This document shows positions 11,285 to 23,300 of a DNA stretch of 64,000 bases, piece by piece. The stretch lies in contig JAUCBJ010003419.1 in the NCBI GenBank assembly GCA_032718475.1, forward strand, positions 38,200 to 102,199, read 5' to 3'. The stretch comes from Nemertoderma westbladi. Taxonomy: Eukaryota > Animalia > Xenacoelomorpha. Every line of letters starts with the position of its first letter. Positions within the stretch are counted from its first letter, which is position 1. A program made the position numbers and the translations under genes. Below the pieces are notes generated by a model. That model was not told where the DNA came from, did not search any database, and saw only the letters and a list, made by a program, of their open reading frames with translations.

Positions 11285-12231
11285 CACACCATGTACTGGA
11301 ATATAGTGTGTCGTTATTCAGGTACTTGGTTATCCAGCCAACCCAACCTCTTCTACAAATCTTAATGATATTGCATGAAATTTGAAACATATATATATAG
11401 TTTCCATCAACTCCTCCTGGGTGGGTGAGTCGGAATTTATATTTTATATTTTTGCTCTCATTCTTTACCTACAAACGTTTAGAAAATGTGTCTCCTGTGA
11501 TATTTCATCAGTTACATTGAAGTTAATCTTCAATCATATAGTGATTTGTTGGGTACGAGTAGAAAGCTGGCCATGCAAGGATTCCGAATATGTAACACAA
11601 TCTGAATTTCGTTTTAAAGTAACTGAGATATGAGCGCTCAAAAGATGCATGGTTTTTGCAGCTGCGCGAGGCTATTTTTTTCTATTAAATAAAACCACAA
11701 TATTCTAGAACATTTTGTTTATGTATGAATGGCTATGTAAGAGTATGATTAGATATTGCATTGTTGCCTAGCTACGTATGGGATAAACAAAATTTTCAGA
11801 TATGGTGTATTTATTCAATAGAATAAAATGGCCTCGCTCATATGCAAAACCATGCAACTTTTTAACGCTCATATCTCAGCAGTTATTTTAAGACAAATTG
11901 AGATTATGTTACATATTTGGAATCCTTTCATGGCCAGCAATGTCCATTGCATGGCCATGACATTGCATGTCCATGTCCTGCAGCAATATCGCCGGAGCCA
12001 CCTTTTCTAAACCCAATGCTTGTAGATGAAAAATGTGAGCAAAAGTAAAAATACTGACTAACCCACGGAGGAGTTGCGTCTGCGTGAAACTATCACTGTT
12101 TCAAATTTCATGTAATCTCACTAAGATTTGTAGAAAAAATTAGAAAAAAAATTTTTTTTTTTTTGGGGGGGGGGTGGTGGGGAGTGGGCCAAATACCTGA
12201 ATTACGACACTATCTTTCCGGACATGGTGTA
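11285..12231. mobile_element. ~950-bp palindromic foldback element
   Basis: CACCATGT...ACATGGTG ends. Inverted similarity continues inward (e.g. CTGAGATATGAGCG / CGCTCATATCTCAG), with the centre near 11760. Confidence 0.75.
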
Positions 12232-12349
12232 CCAAATGTTAATAAATTTGGGTAAAACGAAGTCTCCTAGATAAGGGAACGAAAATTTTTAGTTAACTAG
12301 TCACCCCCCCCCCCCCCCCCCCCCTTTAAACCAATAATAAAATACTTCC

Positions 12350-13441
12350 CTGTGTTCCAGAATCCAACTCCATACGATCGACGACAGCCGCGCGTTCAGC
12401 AGCCGGGGTGCACTCTATATAGCCGTCCTTAGAGTCCTTGACGTCTCTGTTGGACAGTTTGAGAGGCGCCCCAAACTCCGATCTAATACGAGACACCCTG
12501 AACCTCTGAAGCGCCCGAGTATCTCTCACGGACTCGTCAACTACCTCCAACTCGCTTCCCAGACTCTCCCAAGGTTTACTCTCAGGCGGTTCATACTTGT
12601 AGACCGTGGTATCAACCTCCTCACCCCCGCTCTCACCCTCCACATCGCTTTCCTCTGCAATATCTTCCTGCATTTGAATAACAGACGCTTTAAAATCCTC
12701 GCTAGTCACGAGAAGGAAATTCTCTCCGAACTTATAACTAGAATCGAAAATAATCATAATTTCCTCGCCGGGGTAGCTGTTTACCGTTCCTTTGAAGGGA
12801 CTCCAATCACTGACGGCAGCTCGCGACTTCATATCAGCGACTATAGTTGCTTTGGGGATGAGTTTAACAGGATTATCGGTAGTAACATCGGTATCAGTCA
12901 CGCAACTAAATATTTCCTGAGTTTTACTCGAGAGGAATAAAGGAACTGCGCCTTGCGGTGGAGTCGACTGCCCCTCTGCAACTCCTTCCTCGAGCTGCAT
13001 AAACTCTAGCGTCCGAATTTTCTTTGGTTTCTTTGCAGGTTCCGCGACGGATTCCGAAACGGCAGCGGTTGTAGCGGTGGAGGGTTTGCTTCCGGCGCTG
13101 GAGGGTTTACTCCGAGCGCTACCCGTTCGAGGTCGTCCCCCGGACGAGGCCGGAGTACCGGTACCAGTCCTCCTCGCCGAGGACTTCGCGGACAACGCTT
13201 TAGGGGATCGCTTAGCTGCCTGTCCGGGGGAAGGGGGTACAGGGCCGTCCGGACCGGGGGAAGTGGGTATGGGGGCCACCTGTCCGGGAGAAGGGGGTAC
13301 GGGGACGTCCTGTCCGGCGGAGGGTGGACCTGGCGCGGGGGACGATACCTTGTCTCCGACGTCGTCAGTCGCGGCGGAATTCGTTTCGGGTTGTGGTTCT
13401 TGTGATTCCGAACTTTCTTTTTTATCTTCGTTATCAGCCAT
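12350..13441 (-). CDS. DNAI3: DNAI3/WDR63 coding exon 1
   Basis: ATG at 13441 (MADNEDK); Pro/Ser-rich extension, then PLFLSSKTQEIF, DMKSRAAVSDWSP, PWESLGSELEV, R.RSEFGAP. It joins exon 2 in phase 0 (DSGTQ|AVP) for a product of ~1008 aa. Confidence 0.88.
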
Positions 13442-14028
13442 ATTTATTTTCACGATACTTTAAAGGATATGCCTAATATCTGAATATAAACCGTATTTAA
13501 AATATAATAGTATGCGTTAACTAGTTAGTCTACAAAACAAACTAAAATACACGTACATAACAGCAAAACTAACTATACTATGAAACATTAAATTTAAGAA
13601 CGGATATTTCTGTAAAGACAGAGCATATTATATAGACTGAAACAGCGACATGTAGATAGTGACAGCAATGTGAATGTGTTGTAGGTCATGCGTGACATCG
13701 GGCAATGGTGAATCACCAACTCAGTGATGAGCAAAAACGCCCTTGTCATAGTACAGTAGTCAGGTAGTGGGGGAGGAGTGGTGTCGGTGTGGGCCTAATT
13801 GTTCCGGGTTACGAAAATGGTATTCGCAACTGCATTCTGAACATCATATTTGTTGTATTTATGTTACTATAGGTAGTCCAGTAGTCTTTACCAACCTTTA
13901 CAGCTACAATCTGCGATATCCAAGCCTACCTCTAGGCCTAGCTACTGAGCTACGCACGGTACTGTTGTCATTCTTGCAGTCTCACCCATGGCCTGTCTCA
14001 CCCCACGCTGACATTGTTATTATTTTAT

Positions 14029-14041
14029 GTTGCCATGCAAC
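14029..14041. promoter_or_regulatory. RFX X-box-like element upstream of ciliary gene DNAI3
   Basis: GTTGCCATGCAAC is one base short of the ideal palindrome GTTGCCATGGCAAC and lies ~590 bp upstream of the DNAI3 ATG. Confidence 0.5.
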
Positions 14042-14347
14042 ACATATAGCAATGCTATATTTAATTTAGAGCGCATTTATAGCTAATTAATACCAACCGG
14101 TAACTAATCGTTTGATTCTATAAACAATCATACGCTGAAATTTGTCTGCTACTATACTAGTAAGAAAAACAACTATTATATGATAAGCGATGACGAGTTT
14201 ATATCTTATTTAAATATTTAATCGAAGAACAATCACTTCAACAATGTTGAAAATCCATTGTCATCGACATTTGAAACCAAGTACAGATTGCGGAAGTAGG
14301 TCTGCCAGGTAATCTACAAATATTTATATAGGAAAATGGAAGGAAGC

Positions 14348-17300
14348 TGGAGAGTAACTAGTGGCTCCTCGTGTTGGAGATATTTGAACTTGTGGTTCGG
14401 GCAGGAGAGTAACTTGTGGTTCAGGCAGGTGAGTAACTTGTAGCTCGGACAGGAGAGTAACTTGTGGTTCAGGCAGGAGAGTAACTTGTGGTTCGGGCAG
14501 GAGAGTAACTTGTGGTTCGGGCAGGAGAGTAACTTGTAGCTCAGGCAGGAGAGTAACTTGTAGCTCAGGCAGGAGAGTAACTTGTAGCTCAGGCAGGAGA
14601 GTAATTTGCGGTTCGGGCAGGAGAGTAACTTGTAGACCAGGCAGGAGAGTAACTTGTGGTTCGGGCAGGAGAGTAACTTGTGGTTCGGGCAGGAGAGTAA
14701 CTTGTGGTTCGTGCACGAGAGTAACTTGTAGCTCAGGCAGGAGAGTAACTTGTAGCTCAGGCAGGAGAGTAACTTGTAGCTCAGACAGGAGAGTAACTTG
14801 CGGTTTGGGCAGGAGAGTAACTTGTAGACCAGGCAGGAGAGTAACTTGTGGTTCGGGCAGGAGAGTAACTTGTAGCTCAGGCAGGAGAGTAACTTGTAGC
14901 TCAGGCAGGAGAGTAACTTGTAGCTCAGGCAGGAGAGTAACTTGGGGTTCGGGCAGGAGAGTAACTTGTAGACCAGGCAGGAGAGTAACTTGGGGTTCAG
15001 GCAGGAGAGTAACTTGTAGCTTGTACTTGTAACTTGTGGTTCGGGCAGGAGAGTAACTTGTGGTTCGGGCAGGAGTGTAACTTGTAGCTCAGGCAGGAGA
15101 GTAACTTGTAGCTCAGGCAGGAGAGTAACTTGTAGCTCAGGCAGGAGAGTAACTTGCGGTTCGGGCAGGAGAGTAACTTGTAGACCAGGCAGGAGAGTAA
15201 CTTGGGGTTCAGGCAGGAGAGTAACTTGTAGCTCAGGCAGGAGAGTAACTTGTAGACCAGGCAGGGGAGTAACTTGGGGTTCGGGCAGGAGAGTAACTTG
15301 TGGTTCGTGCACGAGAGTAACTTGTAGCTCAGGCAGGAGAGTAACTTGGAGTTCAGGCAGGAGAGTAACTTGTGGTTCGGGCAGGAGAGTAACTTGTGGT
15401 TCGAGCAGGAGAGTAACTTGTAGCTCAGGCAGGAGAGTAACATGTAGCTCAGGCAGGATAGTAACTTTGGGTTCGGGCAGGAGAGTAACTTGGGGTTTGG
15501 GCAGGATAGTAACTTGTAGCTCAGGCAGGAGAGTAACTTGCGGTTCGGGCAGGAGAGTAACTTGTGGTTCGGGCAGGAGAGTAACTTGTGGTTCGGGCAG
15601 GAGAGTAACTTATAGCTCAGGCAGGAGAGTAACTTGTAGCTCAGGCAGGAGAATAACTTGTAGCTCAGGCAGGAGAGCAACTTGCGGTTCGGGCAGGAGA
15701 GTAACTTGTAGAACAGGCAGGAGAGTAACTTGGGGTTCAGGCAGGAGAGTAACTTGTAGCTCAGGCAGGAGAGTAACTTGTAGACCAGGCAGGGGAGTAA
15801 CTTGGGGTTCGGGCAGGAGAGTAACTTGTGGTTCGTGCACGAGAGTAACTTGTAGCTCAGGCAGGAGAGTAACTTGGGGTTCGGGCAGGAGAGTAACTTG
15901 TAGACCAGGCAGGAGAGTAACTCGGGGTTTGGGCAGGAGAGTAACTTGTAGCTCAGGCAGGAGAGTAACTTGGGGTTCAGGCAGGAGAGTAACTCGGGGT
16001 TCGGGCAGGAGAGTAACTTGGGGTTCGGGCAGGAGAGTAACTTGTAGACCAGGCAGGAGAGTAACTTGGGGTTCGGGCAGGAGAGTAACTTGTGGTTCAG
16101 GCAGGAGAGTAACTTGTGGTTCATGCACGAGAGTAACTTGGGGTTCAGGCAGGAGAGTAACTTGTGGTTCAGACAGGAGAGTAACTTGTGGTTCGGGCAG
16201 GAGAGTAACTTGTGGTTCGGGCATGAGAGTAACTTGTGGTTTGGACAGGAGAGTAACTTGTAGCTCAGGCAGGAGAGTAACTTGGGGTTCTGGCAGGAGA
16301 GTAACTTGTAGCTTGTGAAGGAGAGTAACTTGTAGCTCAGGCAGGAGAGTAACGTGTAGCTCAGACAGGAGAGTAACTTGTGGTTCATGCAGGATAGTAA
16401 CTTGGGCTTCGGGCAGGAGAGTAACTTGTAGCTCAGGCAGGAGAGTAACTCGGAGTTCGGGCAGGAGAGTAACTTGTAGCTCAGGAAGGAGAGTAAGTTG
16501 GGGTTCAGGCAGGAGAGTAACTCAGGGTTCGGGCAGGAGAGTAACTTGTGGTTCAGGCAGGAGAGTAACTTGTAGCTCGGACAGGAGAGTAACTTGTGGT
16601 TCAGGAAGGAGAGTAACTTGTGGTTTGAGCAGGAGCGTAACATGTGGTTCGGGCAGGAGAGTAACTTGTAGCTCAGGCAGGAGAGTAACTTGTAGCTCAG
16701 GCAGGAGAGTAACTTGTAGCTCAGGCAGGAGAGTAACTTGGGGTTCAGGCAGGAGAGTAACTTGTGGTTCAGGCAGGAGAGTAACTTGGGGTTCAGGCAG
16801 GAGAGAAACTTGTGGTTTGGGCAGGAGAGTAACTTGTGGTTCGGGCAGGAGAGTAACTTGTGGTTCGTGCACGAGAGTAACTTGTAGCTCAGGCAGGAGA
16901 GTAACTTGCGGTTCGGGCAGGAGAGTAACTTGTGGTTCGGGCAGGAGAGTAACTTGTGGTTCAGGCAGGAGAGTAACTTGTAGCTCAGACAGGAGAGTAA
17001 CTTGTAGCTCAGGCAGGAGAATAACTTGTAGCTCAGGCAGGAGAGAAACTTGCGGTTCGGGCAGAAGAGTAACTTGTAGACCAGGCAGGAGAGTAACTTG
17101 GGGTTCAGGCAGGAGAGTAACTTGTAGACCAGGCAGGGGAGCAACTTGGGGTTCGGGCAGGAGAGTAACTTGTGGTTCGGGCAGGAGAGTAACTTGTAGC
17201 TCAGGCAGGAGAGTAAGTTGGGGTTCGGGCAGGAGAGTAACTTGTAGACCAGGCAGGAGAGTAACTCGGGGTTAGGGCAGGAGAGTAACTTGTAGCTCAG

Positions 17301-20300
17301 GCAGGAGAGTAACTCGGGGTTCGGGCAGGAGAGTAACTTGGGGTTCGGGCAGGAGAGTAACTTGTAGACCAGGCAGGAGAGTAACTTGGGGTTCAGGCAT
17401 GAGAGTAACTCAGGGTTTGGGCAGGAGAGTAACTTGGGGTTCGGGCAGGAGAGTAACTTGTGGTTCAGGCAGGAGAGTAACTTGTGGTTCATGCACGAGA
17501 GTAACTTGGGGTTCAGGCAGGAGAGTAACTTGTGGTTCAGACAGGAGAGTAACTTGTGGTTCGGGCAGGAGAGTAACTTGTGGTTCGGGCAGGAGAGTAA
17601 CTTGTGGTTCGTGCAGGAGAGTAACTTGTAGCTCAGGCAAGAGAGTAACTCGGGGTTCAGGCAGGAGAGTAACTTTTAGACCAGGCAGGAGAGTAACTTG
17701 GGGTTCGGGCAGGAGAGTAACTTGTGGTTCGGGCAGGAGTGTAATTTGTGGTTCGTGCAGGAGAGTAACTTGGGGTTCAGACAGGATAGTAACTTGTGGT
17801 TCATGCACAAGAGTAACTTGGGGTTCAGGCAGGAGAGTAACTTGTGGTTCAGACAGGAGAGTAACTTGTGGTTCGGGCAGGAGAGTAACTTGTGGTTCGG
17901 GCAGGAGAGTAACTTGTGGTTCGTGCAGGAGAGTAACTTGTAGAACAGGCAGGAGAGTAACTTGGGGTTCGGGCATGAGAGTAACTTGTGGTTTGGACAG
18001 GAGAGTAACTTGTAGCTCAGGCAGGAGAGTAACTTGGGGTTCTGGCAGGAGAGTAACTTGTAGCTTGTGAAGGAGAGTAACTTGTAGCTCAGGCAGGAGA
18101 GTAACGTGTAGCTCAGGCAGGAGAGTAACTTGTGGTTCATGCAGGATAGTAACTTGGGCTTCGGGCAGGAGAGTAACTTGTAGCTCAGGCAGGAGAGTAA
18201 CTTGGGATTCGGGCAGGAGAGTAACTTGTAAACCAGACAGGAGAGTAACCCGGGGTTCGGGCAGGAGAGTAACTTGTAGGTCAGGAAGGAGAGTATGTTG
18301 GGGTTCAGGCAGGATAGTAACTCAGGGTTCGGGCAGGAGAGTAACTTTGGGTTTGGGCAGGAGAGTAACTTGTAGACCAGGCAGGAGAGTAACTTGGGGT
18401 TCAGGCAGGAGAGTAACTCAGGGTTCGGGCAGGAGAGTAACTTGGGGTTCGGGCAGGAGAGTAACTTGTGGTTCAGGCAGGAGAGTAACTTGTGGTTCAT
18501 GCACGAGAGTAACTTAGGGTTCAGGCAGGAGAGTAACTTGTGGTTCAGACAGGAGAGTAACTTGTGGTTCGGGCAGGAGAGTAACTTGTGGTTCGGGCAG
18601 GAGAGTAACTTATGGTTCGTGCAGGAGAGTAACTTGTAGCTCAGGCAAGAGAGTAACTCGGGCTTCGGGCAGGAGAGTAACTTGTAGACCAGGCAGGATA
18701 GTAACTTGTGGTTCGGGCAGGAGAGTAATTTGTGGTTCGTGCAGGAGAGTAACTTGGGGTTCAGGCAGGATAGTAACTTGTGGTTTGGGCAGGAGAGTAA
18801 CTTGTAGCTCAGGCAGGAGAGTAACTTGGGGTTCGGGCAGGAGAGTAACTTGTAGCTCAGACAGGAGAGTAACGTGTAGCTCAGGCAGGAGAGTAACTTG
18901 TAGCTCAGGCAGAGAGTAACTTGGGTTTAGGGCAGGAGAGTAACTTTGTAGACCAGGCAGGAGAGTAACTGGGGGTTCGGGCAGGAAAGAAACTTGTAGC
19001 TCGGGCAGGTGAGTAACTTCTAGCTCAGGCAGGAGAGTAACTTGGGGTTCGGGCAGGAGAGTAACTTGGGGTTCGGATAGGAGAGTAACTTGTGGTTCGT
19101 GCAGGAGAGTAACTTGTAGCTCAGGCAGGAGAGTAACTTGGGGTTTGGGCAGGAGAGTAACTTGTAGCTCAGGCAGGAGAGTAACTTGTAGCTCAGGCAG
19201 GAGAGTAACTTGCAGTTCGGGCAGGAGAGTAACTTGTAGACCAGGCAGGAGAGTAACTTGGGGTTCGGGCAGGAGAGTAACTTGTAGAACAGGCAGGAGA
19301 GTAACTTGTAGACCAGGCAGGGGAGTAACTTGGGGTTCGGGCAGGAGAGTAACTTGTGGTTCGTGCACGAGAGTAACTTGTAGCTCAGGCAGGAGAGTAA
19401 CTTGGGGTTCGGGCAGGAGAGTAACTTGTAGACCAGGCAGGAGAGTAACTCGGGGTTTGGGCAGGAGAGTAACTTGTAGCTCAGGCAGGAGAGTAACTTG
19501 GGGTTCAGGCAGGAGAGTAACTCGGGGTTCGGGCAGGAGAGTAACTTGGGGTTCGGGCAGGAGAGTAACTTGTAGACCAGGCAGGAGAGTAACTTGGGGT
19601 TCGGGCAGGAGAGTAACTTGTGGTTCAGGCAGGAGAGTAACTTGTGGTTCATGCACGAGAGTAACTTGGGGTTCAGGCAGGAGAGTAACTTGTGGTTCAG
19701 ACAGGAGAGTAACTTGTGGTTCGGGCAGGAGAGTAACTTGTGGTTCGGGCATGAGAGTAACTTGTGGTTCGGGCAGGAGAGTAACTTGTAGCTCAGGCAG
19801 GAGAGTAACTTGTAGCTCAGGCAGGATAATAACTTGTAGCTCAGGCAGGAGAGCAACTTGCGGTTCGGGCAGGAGAGTAACTTGTAGAACAGGCAGGAGA
19901 GTAACTTGGGGTTCAGGCAGGAGAGTAACTTGTAGCTCAGGCAGGAGAGTAACTTGTAGACCAGGCAGGGGAGTAACTTGGGGTTCGGGCAGGAGAGTAA
20001 CTTGTGGTTCGTGCACGAGAGTAACTTGTAGCTCAGGCAGGAGAGTAACTTGGGGTTCGGGCAGGAGAGTAACTTGTAGACCAGGCAGGAGAGTAACTCG
20101 GGGTTTGGGCAGGAGAGTAACTTGTAGCTCAGGCAGGAGAGTAACTTGGGGTTCAGGCAGGAGAGTAACTCGGGGTTCGGGCAGGAGAGTAACTTGGGGT
20201 TCGGGCAGGAGAGTAACTTGTAGACCAGGCAGGAGAGTAACTTGGGGTTCGGGCAGGAGAGTAACTTGTGGTTCAGGCAGGAGAGTAACTTGTGGTTCAT

Positions 20301-23300
20301 GCACGAGAGTAACTTGGGGTTCAGGCAGGAGAGTAACTTGTGGTTCAGACAGGAGAGTAACTTGTGGTTCGGGCAGGAGAGTAACTTGTGGTTCGGGCAT
20401 GAGAGTAACTTGTGGTTTGGACAGGAGAGTAACTTGTAGCTCAGGCAGGAGAGTAACTTGGGGTTCTGGCAGGAGAGTAACTTGTAGCTTGTGAAGGAGA
20501 GTAACTTGTAGCTCAGGCAGGAGAGTAACGTGTAGCTCAGACAGGAGAGTAACTTGTGGTTCATGCAGGATAGTAACTTGGGCTTCGGGCAGGAGAGTAA
20601 CTTTTAGACCAGGCAGGAGAGTAACTTGGGGTTCGGGCAGGAGAGTAACTTGTGGTTCGGGCAGGAGTGTAATTTGTGGTTCGTGCAGGAGAGTAACTTG
20701 GGGTTCAGACAGGATAGTAACTTGTGGTTCATGCACAAGAGTAACTTGGGGTTCAGGCAGGAGAGTAACTTGTGGTTCAGACAAGAGAGTAACTTGTGGT
20801 TCGGGCAGGAGAGTAACTTGTGGTTCGGGCAGGAGAGTAACTTGTGGTTCATGCAGGAGAGTAACTTGTAGAACAGGCAGGAGAGTAACTTGGGGTTCGG
20901 GCATGAGAGTAACTTGTGGTTTGGACAGGAGAGTAACTTGTAGCTCAGGCAGGAGAGTAACTTGGGGTTCTGGCAGGAGAGTAACTTGTAGCTTGTGAAG
21001 GAGAGTAACTTGTAGCTCAGGCAGGAGAGTAACGTGTAGCTCAGGCAGGAGAGTAACTTGTGGTTCATGCAGGATAGTAACTTGGGCTTCGGGCAGGAGA
21101 GTAACTTGTAGCTCAGGCAGGAGAGTAACTTGGGATTCGGGCAGGAGAGTAACTTGTAGGTCAGGAAGGAGAGTAAGTTGGGGTTCAGGCAGGATAGTAA
21201 CTCAGGGTTCGGGCAGGAGAGTAACTTTGGGTTTGGGCAGGAGAGTAACTTGTAGACCAGGCAGGAGAGTAACTTGGGGTTCAGGCAGGAGAGTAACTTG
21301 TAGCTCAGACAGGAGAGTAATTTGTGGTTCGTGCAGGAGAGTAACTTGGGGTTCAGGCAGGATAGTAACTTGTGGTTTGGGCAGGAGAGTAACTTGTAGC
21401 TCAGGCAGGAGAGTAACTTGGGGTTCGGGCAGGAGAGTAACTTGTAGCTCAGACAGGAGAGTAACGTGTAGCTCAGGCAGGAGAGTAACTTGTAGCTCAG
21501 GCAGAGAGTAACTTGGGTTTAGGGCAGGAGAGTAACTTTGTAGACCAGGCAGGAGAGTAACTGGGGGTTCGGGCAGGAAAGAAACTTGTAGCTCGGGCAG
21601 GTGAGTAACTTCTAGCTCAGGCAGGAGAGTAACTTGGGGTTCGGGCAGGAGAGTAACTTGGGGTTCGGATAGGAGAGTAACTTGTGGTTCGTGCAGGAGA
21701 GTAACTTGTAGCTCAGGCAGGAGAGTAACTTGGGGTTTGGGCAGGAGAGTAACTTGTAGCTCAGGCAGGAGAGTAACTTGTAGCTCAGGCAGGAGAGTAA
21801 CTTGCAGTTCGGGCAGGAGAGTAACTTGTAGACCAGGCAGGAGAGTAACTTGGGGTTCGGGCAGGAGAGTAACTTGTAGAACAGGCAGGAGAGTAACTTG
21901 TAGACCAGGCAGGGGAGTAACTTGGGGTTCGGGCAGGAGAGTAACTTGTGGTTCGTGCACGAGAGTAACTTGTAGCTCAGGCAGGAGAGTAACTTGGGGT
22001 TCGGGCAGGAGAGTAACTTGTAGACCAGGCAGGAGAGTAACTCGGGGTTTGGGCAGGAGAGTAACTTGTAGCTCAGGCAGGAGAGTAACTTGGGGTTCAG
22101 GCAGGAGAGTAACTCGGGGTTCGGGCAGGAGAGTAACTTGGGGTTCGGGCAGGAGAGTAACTTGTAGACCAGGCAGGAGAGTAACTTGGGGTTCGGGCAG
22201 GAGAGTAACTTGTGGTTCAGGCAGGAGAGTAACTTGTGGTTCATGCACGAGAGTAACTTGGGGTTCAGGCAGGAGAGTAACTTGTGGTTCAGACAGGAGA
22301 GTAACTTGTGGTTCGGGCAGGAGAGTAACTTGTGGTTCGGGCATGAGAGTAACTTGTGGTTCGGGCAGGAGAGTAACTTGTAGCTCAGGCAGGAGAGTAA
22401 CTTGTAGCTCAGGCAGGAGAATAACTTGTAGCTCAGGCAGGAGAGCAACTTGCGGTTCGGGCAGGAGAGTAACTTGTAGAACAGGCAGGAGAGTAACTTG
22501 GGGTTCAGGCAGGAGAGTAACTTGTAGCTCAGGCAGGAGAGTAACTTGTAGACCAGGCAGGGGAGTAACTTGGGGTTCGGGCAGGAGAGTAACTTGTGGT
22601 TCGTGCACGAGAGTAACTTGTAGCTCAGGCAGGAGAGTAACTTGGGGTTCGGGCAGGAGAGTAACTTGTAGACCAGGCAGGAGAGTAACTCGGGGTTTGG
22701 GCAGGAGAGTAACTTGTAGCTCAGGCAGGAGAGTAACTTGGGGTTCAGGCAGGAGAGTAACTCGGGGTTCGGGCAGGAGAGTAACTTGGGGTTCGGGCAG
22801 GAGAGTAACTTGTAGACCAGGCAGGAGAGTAACTTGGGGTTCGGGCAGGAGAGTAACTTGTGGTTCAGGCAGGAGAGTAACTTGTGGTTCATGCACGAGA
22901 GTAACTTGGGGTTCAGGCAGGAGAGTAACTTGTGGTTCAGACAGGAGAGTAACTTGTGGTTCGGGCAGGAGAGTAACTTGTGGTTCGGGCATGAGAGTAA
23001 CTTGTGGTTTGGACAGGAGAGTAACTTGTAGCTCAGGCAGGAGAGTAACTTGGGGTTCTGGCAGGAGAGTAACTTGTAGCTTGTGAAGGAGAGTAACTTG
23101 TAGCTCAGGCAGGAGAGTAACGTGTAGCTCAGACAGGAGAGTAACTTGTGGTTCATGCAGGATAGTAACTTGGGCTTCGGGCAGGAGAGTAACTTGTAGC
23201 TCAGGCAGGAGAGTAACTCGGAGTTCGGGCAGGAGAGTAACTTGTAGCTCAGGAAGGAGAGTAAGTTGGGGTTCAGGCAGGAGAGTAACTCAGGGTTCGG

